Source: Candidatus Binatia bacterium (lineage in GTDB: Bacteria > Desulfobacterota > Binatia > UBA9968 > JAJDTQ01). From it: DNA of 64,000 nt. The translations under genes were made by a program, and so were the position numbers. The notes below the pieces were generated by a model, which was not told where the DNA came from, ran no database searches, and saw nothing but the letters and a program-made list of their open reading frames with translations. This document shows positions 29,238-39,175 of the stretch, piece after piece. Where the stretch lies: positions 2,080,001-2,144,000 of the forward strand of contig OY762897.2 of NCBI GenBank assembly GCA_963666515.2, read 5' to 3'. Numbering within the stretch: position 1 is the first letter of the stretch; each line of letters starts with the position of its first letter.

Positions 29238-31281
29238 CGGTGGCCTGGGCTTTCATCCGGGCAAGGAAGGCCACGCCTTCGGCCATGCGCTTCTCCCAAG
29301 CATCGGGCGATGTGATTGAAGGGAGCCGGCCGCGCTCCTGCTTGAACTTCAGGGCACGTCTTGCGAGGTCGCGGGCCTCCTCGGGGGTAAGCTGGATCTT
29401 CTTGGCTGAAATGACGGCGGCAACCTGCTTCAAGCTTTCCTCGCTCATCGTCTTGGCGAGGATGGCATACGCTTCGCCAAACGGATTGATCCGGTCAATG
29501 AGGTCGATATTGAGGTCGCGGACATCCATCGCGAATTTCCGCACCCCGTCGATCAACGCCGTGCCGCCATTGTACTCGGTCTCGTCGTCGCCAACCACGA
29601 ACTCTTTCGCCTTTTGGGTCAGGTTCAGGGCGGCAATGGCATGTTGGCGCACCGCCTCCTGATCCACTTCGTCGAGATCGGGGTACCGGTCCTTGATGAT
29701 TTTGCCCATCCGCACCTGGGTCAGTTCCTCGGGCACAAGCTCGTCGTCAAAAATCCCACGTTCGACGGCCGTCTTGTCCTGCACAAAGGCGGTAATCACC
29801 TCGTTCAGGTCTTCCTGACAGATACGCCCGGCTTCCTTGCTCTTCGGCTCCGCCAACCCCTTGATTTCGACCTGGAACTGGCCGGTTTCCTCGTTGAAGC
29901 CGATATTGCACTTGTCCGAGTCGTAGCCCCCGTCCCCATAGTCGAAGCCTTCGACCGGCCCGCTATCCTGCACCTTGGGCGTGAAGTTGAAGCGCGGAGT
30001 CAGCACCTGTTCCATGAGCAAGCTCGCCGCGATGGCCTTGAGCGTGTCGTTCACGGCCTCGGTGACGGCCTCTTCGGAGGCATCCGGCTCCGCAATCAAG
30101 TTGGTGAAGCGGGTACGAGTCTTGCCGGGTGCGTCGCGGGTAGCACGGCCGATGATTTGCACGATCTCGGTCAGGCTTGACCGGTAGCCGACCGTCAGCG
30201 CGTGATCGCACCAGATCCAATCGAACCCCTCCTTGGCCATGCCCAGAGCGACGATGATGTCCACATGGTCACGGTTGTTCTTCTGCGCGGGGTCCCTGAG
30301 CGCCGCGACGACCCGGTCCCGCCGGACGGGGTTGTCATCGACCAGATCGGCGATCCGGAGGACACGGCCTGCGGACGTCTTCACCAGTTGAAATCCGCTC
30401 GCTGGATCGGTCCCCTGCCACTCGCCCAGTTCCTCGATGATGTGCTCGACCTCCCGGACCTTGTCCTTGGTGCTCTCCCGTGAATTGACGCTTGGAATGT
30501 GAAGGATCGTCTTCTCGTCTGGATCCAAGACCTTCAGAATGTCGTCCGCGTAACTCCCAGTGTAGAAGAAGTAGCCGATGTCAAGTTGCTTCAAGTGCTC
30601 ATAACCGTTGAGCTGCTCGTAGTAGGTGTAGGTAACGCTCTCGAACTTCGCCTCGTCATCCGGCATCAGCACGGGTTCGGCATCCCCTCGGAAGTACGAC
30701 CCGGTCATCGCCACGATGTGGGTCTTGCCGCGTACAAGGAACTGGCCGAGGTGCAGGCCCAGCTTGTTGTCGGGATTGGCCGAGGCATGATGGAACTCAT
30801 CCACGGCCATCAACCGGTCATCGAAGGCTTCGACGCCGAACTTGTCCACTGCGAAGCGAAAGGTGGCGTGGGTGCAGATCAGCACCTGATCGCTGCTGTC
30901 GAGAAACGCCTTGACCGACCTGATTTTGCCGCCCTCGGTACCTGGCGCATTGCAAAGGTTCCATTGCGGCTCGACCGTCCAGTCGGCCCAGAAGCCGAAT
31001 TGGCTCAAGGGCTCGTCATGGAAGCTGGCGCCAATCGTCTTCTCGGGCACGACGATGATCGCTTGGCGAAGCCCCTGGTTGCGGATCTTGTCCAGCGCGA
31101 TGAACATCAGCGCCCGGCTCTTGCCGGATGCCGGCGGCGATTTGATCAGCAGATACTGCTCTCCTCGCTTCGCCCAGGCCCGCTCCTGCATCGGGCGCAT
31201 GCCCAGTTCGTTGGATCTGGTCGAGTTGCCGGTCTGCGCGTAGGTGACGGAGACGGAGGGAATGGTCCTGTCGGTAGTCAT
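29230..31281 (-). CDS. SF2 DEAD/DEAH-box helicase, YeeB-like
   Basis: SPPASGKS, DEFHH, MTGS, KEGFD, QIIGRATR. Confidence 0.9.
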   Translation of the reverse strand: MTTDRTIPSVSVTYAQTGNSTRSNELGMRPMQERAWAKRGEQYLLIKSPPASGKSRALMFIALDKIRNQGLRQAIIVVPEKTIGASFHDEPLSQFGFWADWTVEPQWNLCNAPGTEGGKIRSVKAFLDSSDQVLICTHATFRFAVDKFGVEAFDDRLMAVDEFHHASANPDNKLGLHLGQFLVRGKTHIVAMTGSYFRGDAEPVLMPDDEAKFESVTYTYYEQLNGYEHLKQLDIGYFFYTGSYADDILKVLDPDEKTILHIPSVNSRESTKDKVREVEHIIEELGEWQGTDPASGFQLVKTSAGRVLRIADLVDDNPVRRDRVVAALRDPAQKNNRDHVDIIVALGMAKEGFDWIWCDHALTVGYRSSLTEIVQIIGRATRDAPGKTRTRFTNLIAEPDASEEAVTEAVNDTLKAIAASLLMEQVLTPRFNFTPKVQDSGPVEGFDYGDGGYDSDKCNIGFNEETGQFQVEIKGLAEPKSKEAGRICQEDLNEVITAFVQDKTAVERGIFDDELVPEELTQVRMGKIIKDRYPDLDEVDQEAVRQHAIAALNLTQKAKEFVVGDDETEYNGGTALIDGVRKFAMDVRDLNIDLIDRINPFGEAYAILAKTMSEESLKQVAAVISAKKIQLTPEEARDLARRALKFKQERGRLPSITSPDAWEKRMAEGVAFLARMKAQATDV

Positions 31282-31604
31282 TGGAACAGTTCAGCATGGG
31301 TGCCGACACGAGTGAAATACACCGAGCCGCTGGGGCCGTCTGTGTCGTCGATGCGATAAATCAGCAGGAAGTCGCCGCCGACATGGCATTCCCGGTGGTC
31401 CGCCCATTCACCCTTCAGCGGGTGATCCTTCCGTTCCGGACCGAGCGGGGCATCGTTGGCGATGAGAAGCAGCATGACCGCCTTCAGCCGCTTCATGTCG
31501 AATCGGCCGGAACGCGAAAGCCGTCTCCAGTCCTTCAGGAATTCCCTGGAGTAGTCAACCCGGCGCGGCGGGTTGCTTCTCTTACTGGTCGCCGGCTTCT
31601 TCAA
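31278..31604 (-). CDS. yafQ: YafQ family mRNA interferase toxin
   Basis: KDHPLKGEWADHRECHVGGDFLLIY, RVGTHAELF; overlaps antitoxin and helicase. Confidence 0.9.
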   Translation of the reverse strand: MKKPATSKRSNPPRRVDYSREFLKDWRRLSRSGRFDMKRLKAVMLLLIANDAPLGPERKDHPLKGEWADHRECHVGGDFLLIYRIDDTDGPSGSVYFTRVGTHAELFQ

Positions 31605-31863
31605 GGTCGGTAAACATCTCGTCCGCGTTCGCGAATCGTGCCTTGCGCGTCTTCACCATCTCGTCGACCTCGGCCATCGCTCTTCGCGTTTGCGCGTTCG
31701 GAACCTTGAGTTCGAGAGGGAATGCCTGATCGACCGCGATGCGGTGGAACAGCAGGCGCACGGCATCGGAAACCGTCATCCCCATCGCCGCCAGAGTCTC
31801 GGTCGCCTTCCGCTTCAAAGCGGTGTCCATCCGGACGTGGAGCATGGAACTTTGTGTGCTCAT
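31582..31863 (-). CDS. dinJ: DinJ/RelB family antitoxin
   Basis: RHH LHVRMDTALK...GMTVSDAVRL, FPLELKVPNAQT; GGAGG RBS. Confidence 0.9.
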   Translation of the reverse strand: MSTQSSMLHVRMDTALKRKATETLAAMGMTVSDAVRLLFHRIAVDQAFPLELKVPNAQTRRAMAEVDEMVKTRKARFANADEMFTDLEEAGDQ

Positions 31864-31875
31864 TGAAGCCTCCCG

Positions 31876-31891
31876 TATCTCACCTGAGATA
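31876..31891. promoter_or_regulatory. Palindromic operator upstream of dinJ
   Basis: TATCTCA-CC-TGAGATA, 12 nt upstream of the start codon. Confidence 0.65.
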
Positions 31892-31926
31892 TGTCAGGTC
31901 AACGCGATCCAGTCAACCGGACGCGA

Positions 31927-34680
31927 TCAGACCGCCCTCCTGTTGCCGGCCATCTCCGTGTACATCTCGAACAGTTTCTCCAGACGCTCCGTATCGTTCC
32001 TGAAGCAACGGCCGACGTAGATGCGCTCCAGCACCTCGTCGTTTCGGTCATGGGCGGCATGCAGGTCGTCCGGCATACGCTCCGGGTCGTAGAGATCGGC
32101 GATCGTCGCAGGGAAATACGCCTCGCGCACCAGCAAGATATCTTCGGCACACCGCGTCAGGTCCGCCTTGTTCGTCTCGGTGAGCGTCGGTACGGGGAAC
32201 GTGTTCCAGCCAAGGGTATTTGAATATGAGAAATCCGTCCTCAACCGAACACAAACCGTGCCGATCCAGACCCAATGAAGCCTCGACGCGATCAGCGCCA
32301 TGTTCCAGAGCGGAGCGTCGTAGAGAGCGAAGTTCCGGTCTCCTATAATTGTGCCGCCCGCCACTAAACCGACCGGCAGATAGGGACGATTCTCCGACGA
32401 GACGCGGGGGACGACGATCGCCGTCTCCGATCCGGACTGACGAATTTCGCCGAATTGATGAGGTGTTTCCGCGAGTTGCTTTGTAGTAGGGCGATTAGAC
32501 GCTGCTCGCTGCGCACGAACGGCCTCGAACCGCGCGGCCAGCCATTCGCTGTCCATGGCTTCCGGACAATCTTCATCAGTGACCCATATACATCGTCGTT
32601 CCGTGCCGCTGATGAATTCCTGCGAGCCTATAAATGGCCGAATGAAGCGACGATCTACGCCATGACGTTCAATCGCATCCTCCGCCTCGGAATGGTTCAA
32701 CAACAGACACCCCCCTTCATTGGGCATGTTGCCAAAGCTCATTCCGCCCAGATCCGCCATCGGTTTGCTGGCGGGACGCACCAGGACATCTGGTCCGCTG
32801 ACCAAGTAAGGGTTGATGTTCCCTGTTTCGCGAACCGTTGTTTGTTCTGTGGTCTCGATGGAATACAGCTTGCGGACGGGACCTGCGTTGTTGGAGACTC
32901 CGACGATTACAACGGTCACGCCGGCATTGTGACTCGCTAGATTGGCCCACTTGAAACTCGTGTGCGCGAAGGGAATTCCGTGGCCACTCTCAAACATGAG
33001 CGACCAGAGCGTTTCGACCTGACGGCCCTGGCAGATTGAGTTCGTGGAAACGAAAGCCGAGACTGTCGTCGTATGGACGCCATAGTCAGCAGCCTTCATG
33101 AACCAGCCGGCAACATAGTCAAGGGATTTCCACTTCCTCGTCCGGCCCTCGAAGACGCTTCTCAGGTCCGCTTTTTGTTCCACAGTTTGCCATTGGCTCC
33201 CACGGTACGGCGGGTTCCCACAGATGTATGTTTCACCACCTTCGTTCTCAAAATCGATCTCGGCCTGATCGACCGGCGTGTGGAAGAGATCGGTAGCGCG
33301 GTGCTTCACTCCTGCCCCTGTGGGCGGGCAGATGCTGCGCCAGTCAATCCGCAGGGCATTGCCAGTCGTTATCCAGTTCATGGCGTCGAGCGGCAAGAAC
33401 TCGGCCAGCGCTTCTCTTTGCCCACGATAGAGGACATCACACTGATACTCAGCGATGATAAGAGCAAGACGTGCGATCTCGGCCGGGAAATCCCGTATCT
33501 CGATCCCGCGAAAGTTGGTCAACGGGATGTCGGATCGGCGTTCACCCTCCCGGCGCCGCTTGTTGATCTCCGCTTCAATCGCACGCATCTCCTTGTAGGC
33601 GATCACCAGGAAATTGCCGGAACCACAGGCCGGATCAAACACCCGGATGCAGGCCATGCGGTTGCGAAGATTCAGGAGCTTCCGGCGGTTGCCACCAGCC
33701 TCTTCGAGCTTATCGCGCAGATCGTCGAGGAATAGTGGATTGAGGACCTTCAGGATGTTCGGCACGCTGGTGTAGTGCATGCCCAAAGCACCGCGTTCCT
33801 CGTCGTCGGCGACCGCCTGGATCATCGATCCGAAGATGTCCGGGTTGATTTTCGTCCAGTCCAGACTGGCCATGTGGAGCAGGTAGGACCGCGCGATCCT
33901 GCTGAAACGCGGCACGTCCGTCGAGCCCGAGAAGAGTCCGCCGTTCACGTACGGGAACACCTCGGCCCAACGGTAGATCTTTGCTGCCTCCCGTTCCTTC
34001 GCATCAATGTTCATGGCGCGGAAGATCTCGCCGACTACCTCGTGGGTGTTCGAACCGTCCCGCGCGCTCATTTGCTCGATCGTCTGAGTGAACAGGCTCT
34101 TGCCAGTGAAGATATCTGTATCTTCGGCGAAGAAACAGAAGATGAGACGCGCCATGAAATGGTTCATCTCATGCTGGCGATCCGCAGCACCCCAGTCAGG
34201 GTTGTCCTTCAGCAACTCGACATAGAGCCGATTCAGGCGTCCGGTCGCTTTGATGTCGAAGGCGTTCTCGCGGATCTGCTTGACGGTCGTGATTCCGGCA
34301 AGCGGCAGAAAAAGTCCGAAATGATCGGGGAAATCGGGATAGTCGCAGACGACGACCTCGCCGCTGTTCAGGTCTTCGGCCTGGAAGTCCTTGCCATCCG
34401 TGGCGAGGACAAATTTCGCCATGGAGCGGGTTGTTGCTGGGCTCGCTTTCAGCGCGGCCAGCGTCGCCGCTGCTTTGCCTTCAGAGGATACCTTGATGTG
34501 AATGTTGTTGCGCTGGAGAACGCCACCTATGTCGGAGTTGTTCGTTGCCCCGGTACGCAGGCGCTTGATGGTAGTCGCCTTGTTACCGAAGGCTTCGAGA
34601 AACGCGAAAGGGAACTCAACGGGGTCGAAAGGCTCCACCGCAAGAGCCGAAATGGCCTCTTCTATCTCAACGGCATTCAT
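31927..34680 (-). CDS. MmeI-family (YeeA-like) DNA adenine methyltransferase with target-recognition domain
   Basis: RLIFCFFAEDT, FPYVNGGLF, GMHYTS, FDPACGSGNF, GNPPY, VSSENRPYLP. Confidence 0.9.
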   Translation of the reverse strand: MNAVEIEEAISALAVEPFDPVEFPFAFLEAFGNKATTIKRLRTGATNNSDIGGVLQRNNIHIKVSSEGKAAATLAALKASPATTRSMAKFVLATDGKDFQAEDLNSGEVVVCDYPDFPDHFGLFLPLAGITTVKQIRENAFDIKATGRLNRLYVELLKDNPDWGAADRQHEMNHFMARLIFCFFAEDTDIFTGKSLFTQTIEQMSARDGSNTHEVVGEIFRAMNIDAKEREAAKIYRWAEVFPYVNGGLFSGSTDVPRFSRIARSYLLHMASLDWTKINPDIFGSMIQAVADDEERGALGMHYTSVPNILKVLNPLFLDDLRDKLEEAGGNRRKLLNLRNRMACIRVFDPACGSGNFLVIAYKEMRAIEAEINKRRREGERRSDIPLTNFRGIEIRDFPAEIARLALIIAEYQCDVLYRGQREALAEFLPLDAMNWITTGNALRIDWRSICPPTGAGVKHRATDLFHTPVDQAEIDFENEGGETYICGNPPYRGSQWQTVEQKADLRSVFEGRTRKWKSLDYVAGWFMKAADYGVHTTTVSAFVSTNSICQGRQVETLWSLMFESGHGIPFAHTSFKWANLASHNAGVTVVIVGVSNNAGPVRKLYSIETTEQTTVRETGNINPYLVSGPDVLVRPASKPMADLGGMSFGNMPNEGGCLLLNHSEAEDAIERHGVDRRFIRPFIGSQEFISGTERRCIWVTDEDCPEAMDSEWLAARFEAVRAQRAASNRPTTKQLAETPHQFGEIRQSGSETAIVVPRVSSENRPYLPVGLVAGGTIIGDRNFALYDAPLWNMALIASRLHWVWIGTVCVRLRTDFSYSNTLGWNTFPVPTLTETNKADLTRCAEDILLVREAYFPATIADLYDPERMPDDLHAAHDRNDEVLERIYVGRCFRNDTERLEKLFEMYTEMAGNRRAV

Positions 34681-34842
34681 CGGTCATCACAGAGCACAGA
34701 CACCTGTCGGCTATGCTGACGCAGCTCCAACTCAACGGCTAAAACGTCGTTGTAAAACCGGTCGGTCATTTGTCTGACCTTGTATCACCCCGGCATGTAT
34801 AGGATGGAATCGTCAACCGTCTCATCTGGCACGTCCACTCCT

Positions 34843-34995
34843 GCGCCGAACACGACCGACCGCGCGAAGCCCAATCGGGCTTCGCCAGTGATAGCCGATG
34901 CCAGTGTCCGGGCGCTCAACGACCGATGCTCGACCAGCGCCCGAGCCGATGTCGCTGGAATCCTGTCTCCGTTCGCCGCCAAAGTCACCGCCCCC
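34843..34995 (-). pseudogene. Diverged direct repeat, copy B: 5' remnant of a second MTase gene
   Basis: LAANGDRIPATSARALVEHRSLSARTLASAITGEARLGFARSVVFGA matches the N-terminus encoded from 25389. Confidence 0.85.
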
Positions 34996-34999
34996 TTCG

Positions 35000-35296
35000 C
35001 TATGATGCCTCACGGTCACGCCGCTCACGGCGAGATTCGGCAATTTCGGCGACGGTCTGCTCCATAATCTCATCCTCGGTGCGACCGATGTTGTCAAGCG
35101 ACTGCTCCGCCGCCAAAAAATGAGCGGCGATACGATCAGCGACGCTTGCTCTGTAGACAATCTCCATCGGACGGAGCAAAATCCCGTTTCCCATGATCGT
35201 GGCCTCCATGACATCGCCCTCTTGCAGATTCATCCCCCTGCGGAGCTTGGCGGGTATGGTGACCTGGAACTTCGGTTTGACGGTGACCAACGGCAT
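35000..35296 (-). CDS. AbrB/MazE/SpoVT DNA-binding protein (no adjacent toxin)
   Basis: MPLVTVKPKFQVTIPAKLRRGMNLQEGD. Confidence 0.85.
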   Translation of the reverse strand: MPLVTVKPKFQVTIPAKLRRGMNLQEGDVMEATIMGNGILLRPMEIVYRASVADRIAAHFLAAEQSLDNIGRTEDEIMEQTVAEIAESRRERRDREAS

Positions 35297-35381
35297 AACA
35301 GACCCCACTTGGAAAGTTGGAATTTCCTTATTTCTACCATCGGACGCCTGAACGGACAAGCTCCGACCAGCCATTCCCGCC

Positions 35382-36701
35382 TCACTCCTCCGCCAACCCC
35401 TCCGGCGTGAGCTCCCGGACCCCACGGTTGGCTACCGCGGTCACCGCCACCACGGCCACCATCATCACCCCACCCAAGATCACCGCCGACGGCGCGCCGG
35501 CCAAGGCGCCCAGAAACGGCGACAGGTGGTCCCGGGACAAGCCGGCGACGGCGCCCATCTGCAGTTGCCCCAGCGGGAGGACGACGCTGTAGTTCATGCC
35601 CCAGATGGCCATGACGCGGCCGCGATAGTCGTCAGGGACGCGTGTCTGGACGGAGGTCTGGGTGCTTATCATGAAGATGGAGAGGCCGACGCCGGCCATC
35701 AGGAGCAGGCACAATGCCAGCGGATAGATAGCGGATAACCCGAACAGGGTAAGGAAGAACGCCTGGATTCCGGCGCCCAGGAGGATCAGCCAGCCGCGTC
35801 TGGGGAAGTAGCCCAGGTTGGCGCCGATCAGGGCGCCGATCAGGGCGCCGATGCCACTGACCACGTACAGGTTGCCCAAGGTCGTGCCGTCGCCTCGGAA
35901 CACCACATCGGCGAAGACCGGCAGGAGCGCGGTGTGGGAAGCAAGGAAGAAGATGTCCAGGTAGTTCAAGCCGATGAGGGTGCGGAAGATCCTGCGGGTC
36001 CAGACGAACGAGAGCCCGCCCAGAAGGGTGCGCAGGAAGCTACCGCCCCCGGTACGCTCGATGACCGGCACCCGCACGGGGAGGAGCAGCAGACCGAACG
36101 CTAGGTAGGTGGTGGCGGCCACGTAGTAGGCCGCTCCGGCGCCTGCCAGGGGAGAGCCTATGTACCACCCCACGTAGTCGATGGTGAACCCTGCCAAGGC
36201 AGGGCCGAAGATGCGGGTGCCGGGCCAAATCATGGAGTTCAGGCTCACGGCGTTCATCAGGTGCGAGCGGTCCAGGAGGTGTGGAAACAGCGCCTGGCGG
36301 GCGGGATGATCGAAGGCCTGTATGCCGCCGTGGATGAAGGCCACCGCAAACACGTGCCAGACCCGCACCCATCCTGTTACCACCAGCGTCGCTATGGCGA
36401 ACAACAGGAGCGCGGTGACGTGCTGGAGCAGCATGAGGAAGCGCCGCAGTTCCAGCTTGTCGGCAGCGGCGCCTCCGAAGAGCGTCAATGCGATCGCGGG
36501 CGTAGCGGCCACTAGCCCTATGGCGCCCAGCACATACTCGGACCGAGTGAGCTCCCAAGCCAACCAGCCGTGAGCCAGAATCACCATCTGGTGGCCGGCC
36601 ACCGCGGTGAGGTGTCCGAACCAGTAAAGGCGAAAGCCGCGGTAGCGTAGGACTCGGAAGACGTGCAGCTTGTCACCGATGCGTGCGAACCTGTGCCTCA
36701 T
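35382..36701 (-). CDS. MFS transporter (MFS_3/EntS-like)
   Basis: FRLYWFG, GGAAADKLELRR, FDHPARQAL, VPDDYRGRV. Confidence 0.9.
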   Translation of the reverse strand: MRHRFARIGDKLHVFRVLRYRGFRLYWFGHLTAVAGHQMVILAHGWLAWELTRSEYVLGAIGLVAATPAIALTLFGGAAADKLELRRFLMLLQHVTALLLFAIATLVVTGWVRVWHVFAVAFIHGGIQAFDHPARQALFPHLLDRSHLMNAVSLNSMIWPGTRIFGPALAGFTIDYVGWYIGSPLAGAGAAYYVAATTYLAFGLLLLPVRVPVIERTGGGSFLRTLLGGLSFVWTRRIFRTLIGLNYLDIFFLASHTALLPVFADVVFRGDGTTLGNLYVVSGIGALIGALIGANLGYFPRRGWLILLGAGIQAFFLTLFGLSAIYPLALCLLLMAGVGLSIFMISTQTSVQTRVPDDYRGRVMAIWGMNYSVVLPLGQLQMGAVAGLSRDHLSPFLGALAGAPSAVILGGVMMVAVVAVTAVANRGVRELTPEGLAEE

Positions 36702-36832
36702 CAAAAGCACTACCAAGGGAGACCTCAACAATAGAATGTCGACCGTAGAGCTAACGAAGACCCGATCTCAATCGTAAACCCTGGTTGACCTGCCTTCTTA
36801 GTGGTTGGGCTTCTTCAAGCGCCGTCACAACG

Positions 36833-36872
36833 CCAAACAAACGAAAGCCGAGCCCCTAAGAGCTCGGCCTTT
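36833..36872 (-). terminator. Intrinsic terminator downstream of the low-GC gene
   Basis: GCCGAGC-N8-GCTCGGC followed by TTTCGTTTGTTT on the minus strand. Confidence 0.65.
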
Positions 36873-36946
36873 GTACTCGTTGAGGTAGGTTGGTGCCACA
36901 TGGAGAAGTGCCCTGTGTCCCGACCGACGTCCATTAATACCGCATC

Positions 36947-37855
36947 TTACACGCCAACTACCTCTCGGAAAATTAGAAGCGGAGTAATACCAAAATAACC
37001 TTCTGGCCGACCAAGTAGGTTCTTCGTCGTCGGCCCAAGAAGGGTCATCATTTTAGCCGCAATCTCCTGACCGTCGGAGAAATCCGGTTCCTCTTCCGTA
37101 TAAGCAGAACGCTCAGGCTTGGCATCTAGAATCCCCAACGCGTACCACTCACCAGGAATTTGCGTCCCATGTTTCAAAGTGATGTCGCTTGCAAGCGTAG
37201 ACATTCCATCTTGACTGAGACTACACCATACGTTTGCCGCACCCGAAATTTTCGCCTGGATTGTATGAGGCATTATCGAAAGAAGATCTATCACCAAATC
37301 CAAATTGTCCGTTGTTGGAGAGTTGGAGACGTTCTGTGCCCTCCGTTCTCTTCTATTCCGCGCCGCCGGTTGTTGGCCAGCCTTGATCAAAGTCTGAACA
37401 CTTCTTAGTTTCCACGTCCGCTCCATCAATTGCAGGTCGGTGATCGAGAGACTACCGGAACACAGCACAAACTGGCCCATGTTGGCCTCGGCAACATTCC
37501 TGTGAATCATCTCTCGTTCACTCAAATAGTCGAGGAACGTGCGAGCGTTGGCCCAGATGGGATCATACACTCTTTGACTTTCGTGTTGGAAGCCGGCACC
37601 GGTCTCGCTCGTTTTTTCACCTTCGGCTGTAGCAATCAGTGGTACGCCGCCAACTGCCTTGATTGTGCCAGTGGTCCGCTTTGATCCTTGAGCCGACTCG
37701 TTTTGGACGATTTCCTTCAGTTGTCCTGAACTATCAAATTGTGACAGGAACGAAGCAATTCGCCTTGCATCATAATAGAGAAAATCAAAGACGGAATCGG
37801 TGTTTAGTCCGTCTTGCTCCTCTGTTGATGGAGTCTTCAGTTTTCTCGACGTCAC
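36947..37855 (-). CDS. Hypothetical protein in low-GC islet
   Basis: 302-aa ORF in AT-richer DNA; DFLYYDARRIASFLSQF...GITPLLIFREV. Confidence 0.75.
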   Translation of the reverse strand: MTSRKLKTPSTEEQDGLNTDSVFDFLYYDARRIASFLSQFDSSGQLKEIVQNESAQGSKRTTGTIKAVGGVPLIATAEGEKTSETGAGFQHESQRVYDPIWANARTFLDYLSEREMIHRNVAEANMGQFVLCSGSLSITDLQLMERTWKLRSVQTLIKAGQQPAARNRRERRAQNVSNSPTTDNLDLVIDLLSIMPHTIQAKISGAANVWCSLSQDGMSTLASDITLKHGTQIPGEWYALGILDAKPERSAYTEEEPDFSDGQEIAAKMMTLLGPTTKNLLGRPEGYFGITPLLIFREVVGV

Positions 37856-37994
37856 GTTCTACCTCTTCTGCGTCGTTCTTGGTTTGTTCAATCTCTGACC
37901 AGACTTCCGTCGGCTCAAAAGCAAGAAGCCCTTCGAAAGCGTGCCCAGCGGTCTTCTTCTTAATACTGCGCTTCCGTTTAGGCTCTTTGCTCAT
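37785..37994 (-). CDS. Small charged hypothetical protein overlapping the next gene
   Basis: AAGGAG upstream; 69 aa ending GARRTKHRFRL. Confidence 0.55.
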   Translation of the reverse strand: MSKEPKRKRSIKKKTAGHAFEGLLAFEPTEVWSEIEQTKNDAEEVERDVEKTEDSINRGARRTKHRFRL

Positions 37995-38169
37995 GATGAG
38001 AGGATCTCCTTAGAACGCAGTTACCGAAAGATTTCCATCAACAAGTCCAAATGTGACGGCCCACAGGGCCTCACATCTTCTTTAGTCGCAATTTACTCCG
38101 GGCCGTTGTCTTAGCCAGCGGAACTAGGCTTGTTGCCAAGACCATTCAAAACATGCCCCTATCACCCCT

Positions 38170-39036
38170 TTACAGCTTTACCAGATCCGAGTAGCTCGCC
38201 TGGGAGTCGGGCTTGAGGCCGTAGCCGGCCATCCAGTTGCGCGCCCGGTTGAACTCCTCTTCAGTGTAGTCCTCGGGGTAGACGTAGTCCAGCCGGTTGA
38301 GATTCAGATCCTCGAACTTGAAGTCGCCGATGAGGTCGCCGGGGATGTCGCGCAGCAGGAGCGCGGCATGCTTCCTGAGGTCGGAGTTGATCTCGTCCAC
38401 GGAACGCCGCAACGCGCGGAATATCGCCTCGCGCGTATCCTCGGCGTCGTCGGCGTTGACGAACAGCAGACCCCAGTACTTGGACTCGGCCAGCACGCGG
38501 CAGCCGCGTTTCTCGGCGAGGCTGATGAACGGCTCCATCAGGGTGGCGGCCTCCACCTCGCCGTTCAGCAGCATCCGGGTACGGATGGCGGGTCCGCCGT
38601 CGTGCCGCAACCGCACCCGGTCCTTGTCGACGTGGCCTTCCAGCATCTTGTAGGTCATGTAGTGGGAACCGGTCTGGTCCTGGATGGAGATGGGCGCGTC
38701 TGCCAAGTCGTCAAGCCGGTGGTACGACGAGTCGCCCCGCACGATGATGGCCATGGTGGCCACGCTCTCGCGCCGGCCCAGGATCCAGCCGTCGCGCTCG
38801 CCGTCGGCCGCGCGCTTGATCACGCCCCACTCGCACTTGTTGTAGCCTTCCAGGTCACCGCACTCGTAGTCCGAGGCGATGGGGCGCTCGAACACGTCCG
38901 CGGGCTGGAGCTGGGAGTCCGGTGTCACCACTTCCGCGTCGATCCCCTCCGCGGCCATGAAGCCCTTTTCCACGCCCACGTCCCAGGGCAGCGTCCACAC
39001 GGTCCCTTCGCTGGTGACTCTGATCTTGCGCGACAT
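38170..39036 (-). CDS. NMT1/SsuA-like ABC substrate-binding protein, no signal peptide
   Basis: EKGFMAAEGID, LDDLAD, TGSHY, GEVEAATLMEPF; GGAGGT RBS. Confidence 0.75.
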   Translation of the reverse strand: MSRKIRVTSEGTVWTLPWDVGVEKGFMAAEGIDAEVVTPDSQLQPADVFERPIASDYECGDLEGYNKCEWGVIKRAADGERDGWILGRRESVATMAIIVRGDSSYHRLDDLADAPISIQDQTGSHYMTYKMLEGHVDKDRVRLRHDGGPAIRTRMLLNGEVEAATLMEPFISLAEKRGCRVLAESKYWGLLFVNADDAEDTREAIFRALRRSVDEINSDLRKHAALLLRDIPGDLIGDFKFEDLNLNRLDYVYPEDYTEEEFNRARNWMAGYGLKPDSQASYSDLVKL

Positions 39037-39175
39037 GATGACCCGACCTCCGATTGTGTTGGATTGATTCGGGGAGACTAGCATACCGGCTCCGATGATG
39101 GAACAATTCCGGGCTGAAGGGTGACTTTCCTCCGTTCACGCTTCGACATCACAACCCAGTCAAGGAGACTCGTGC

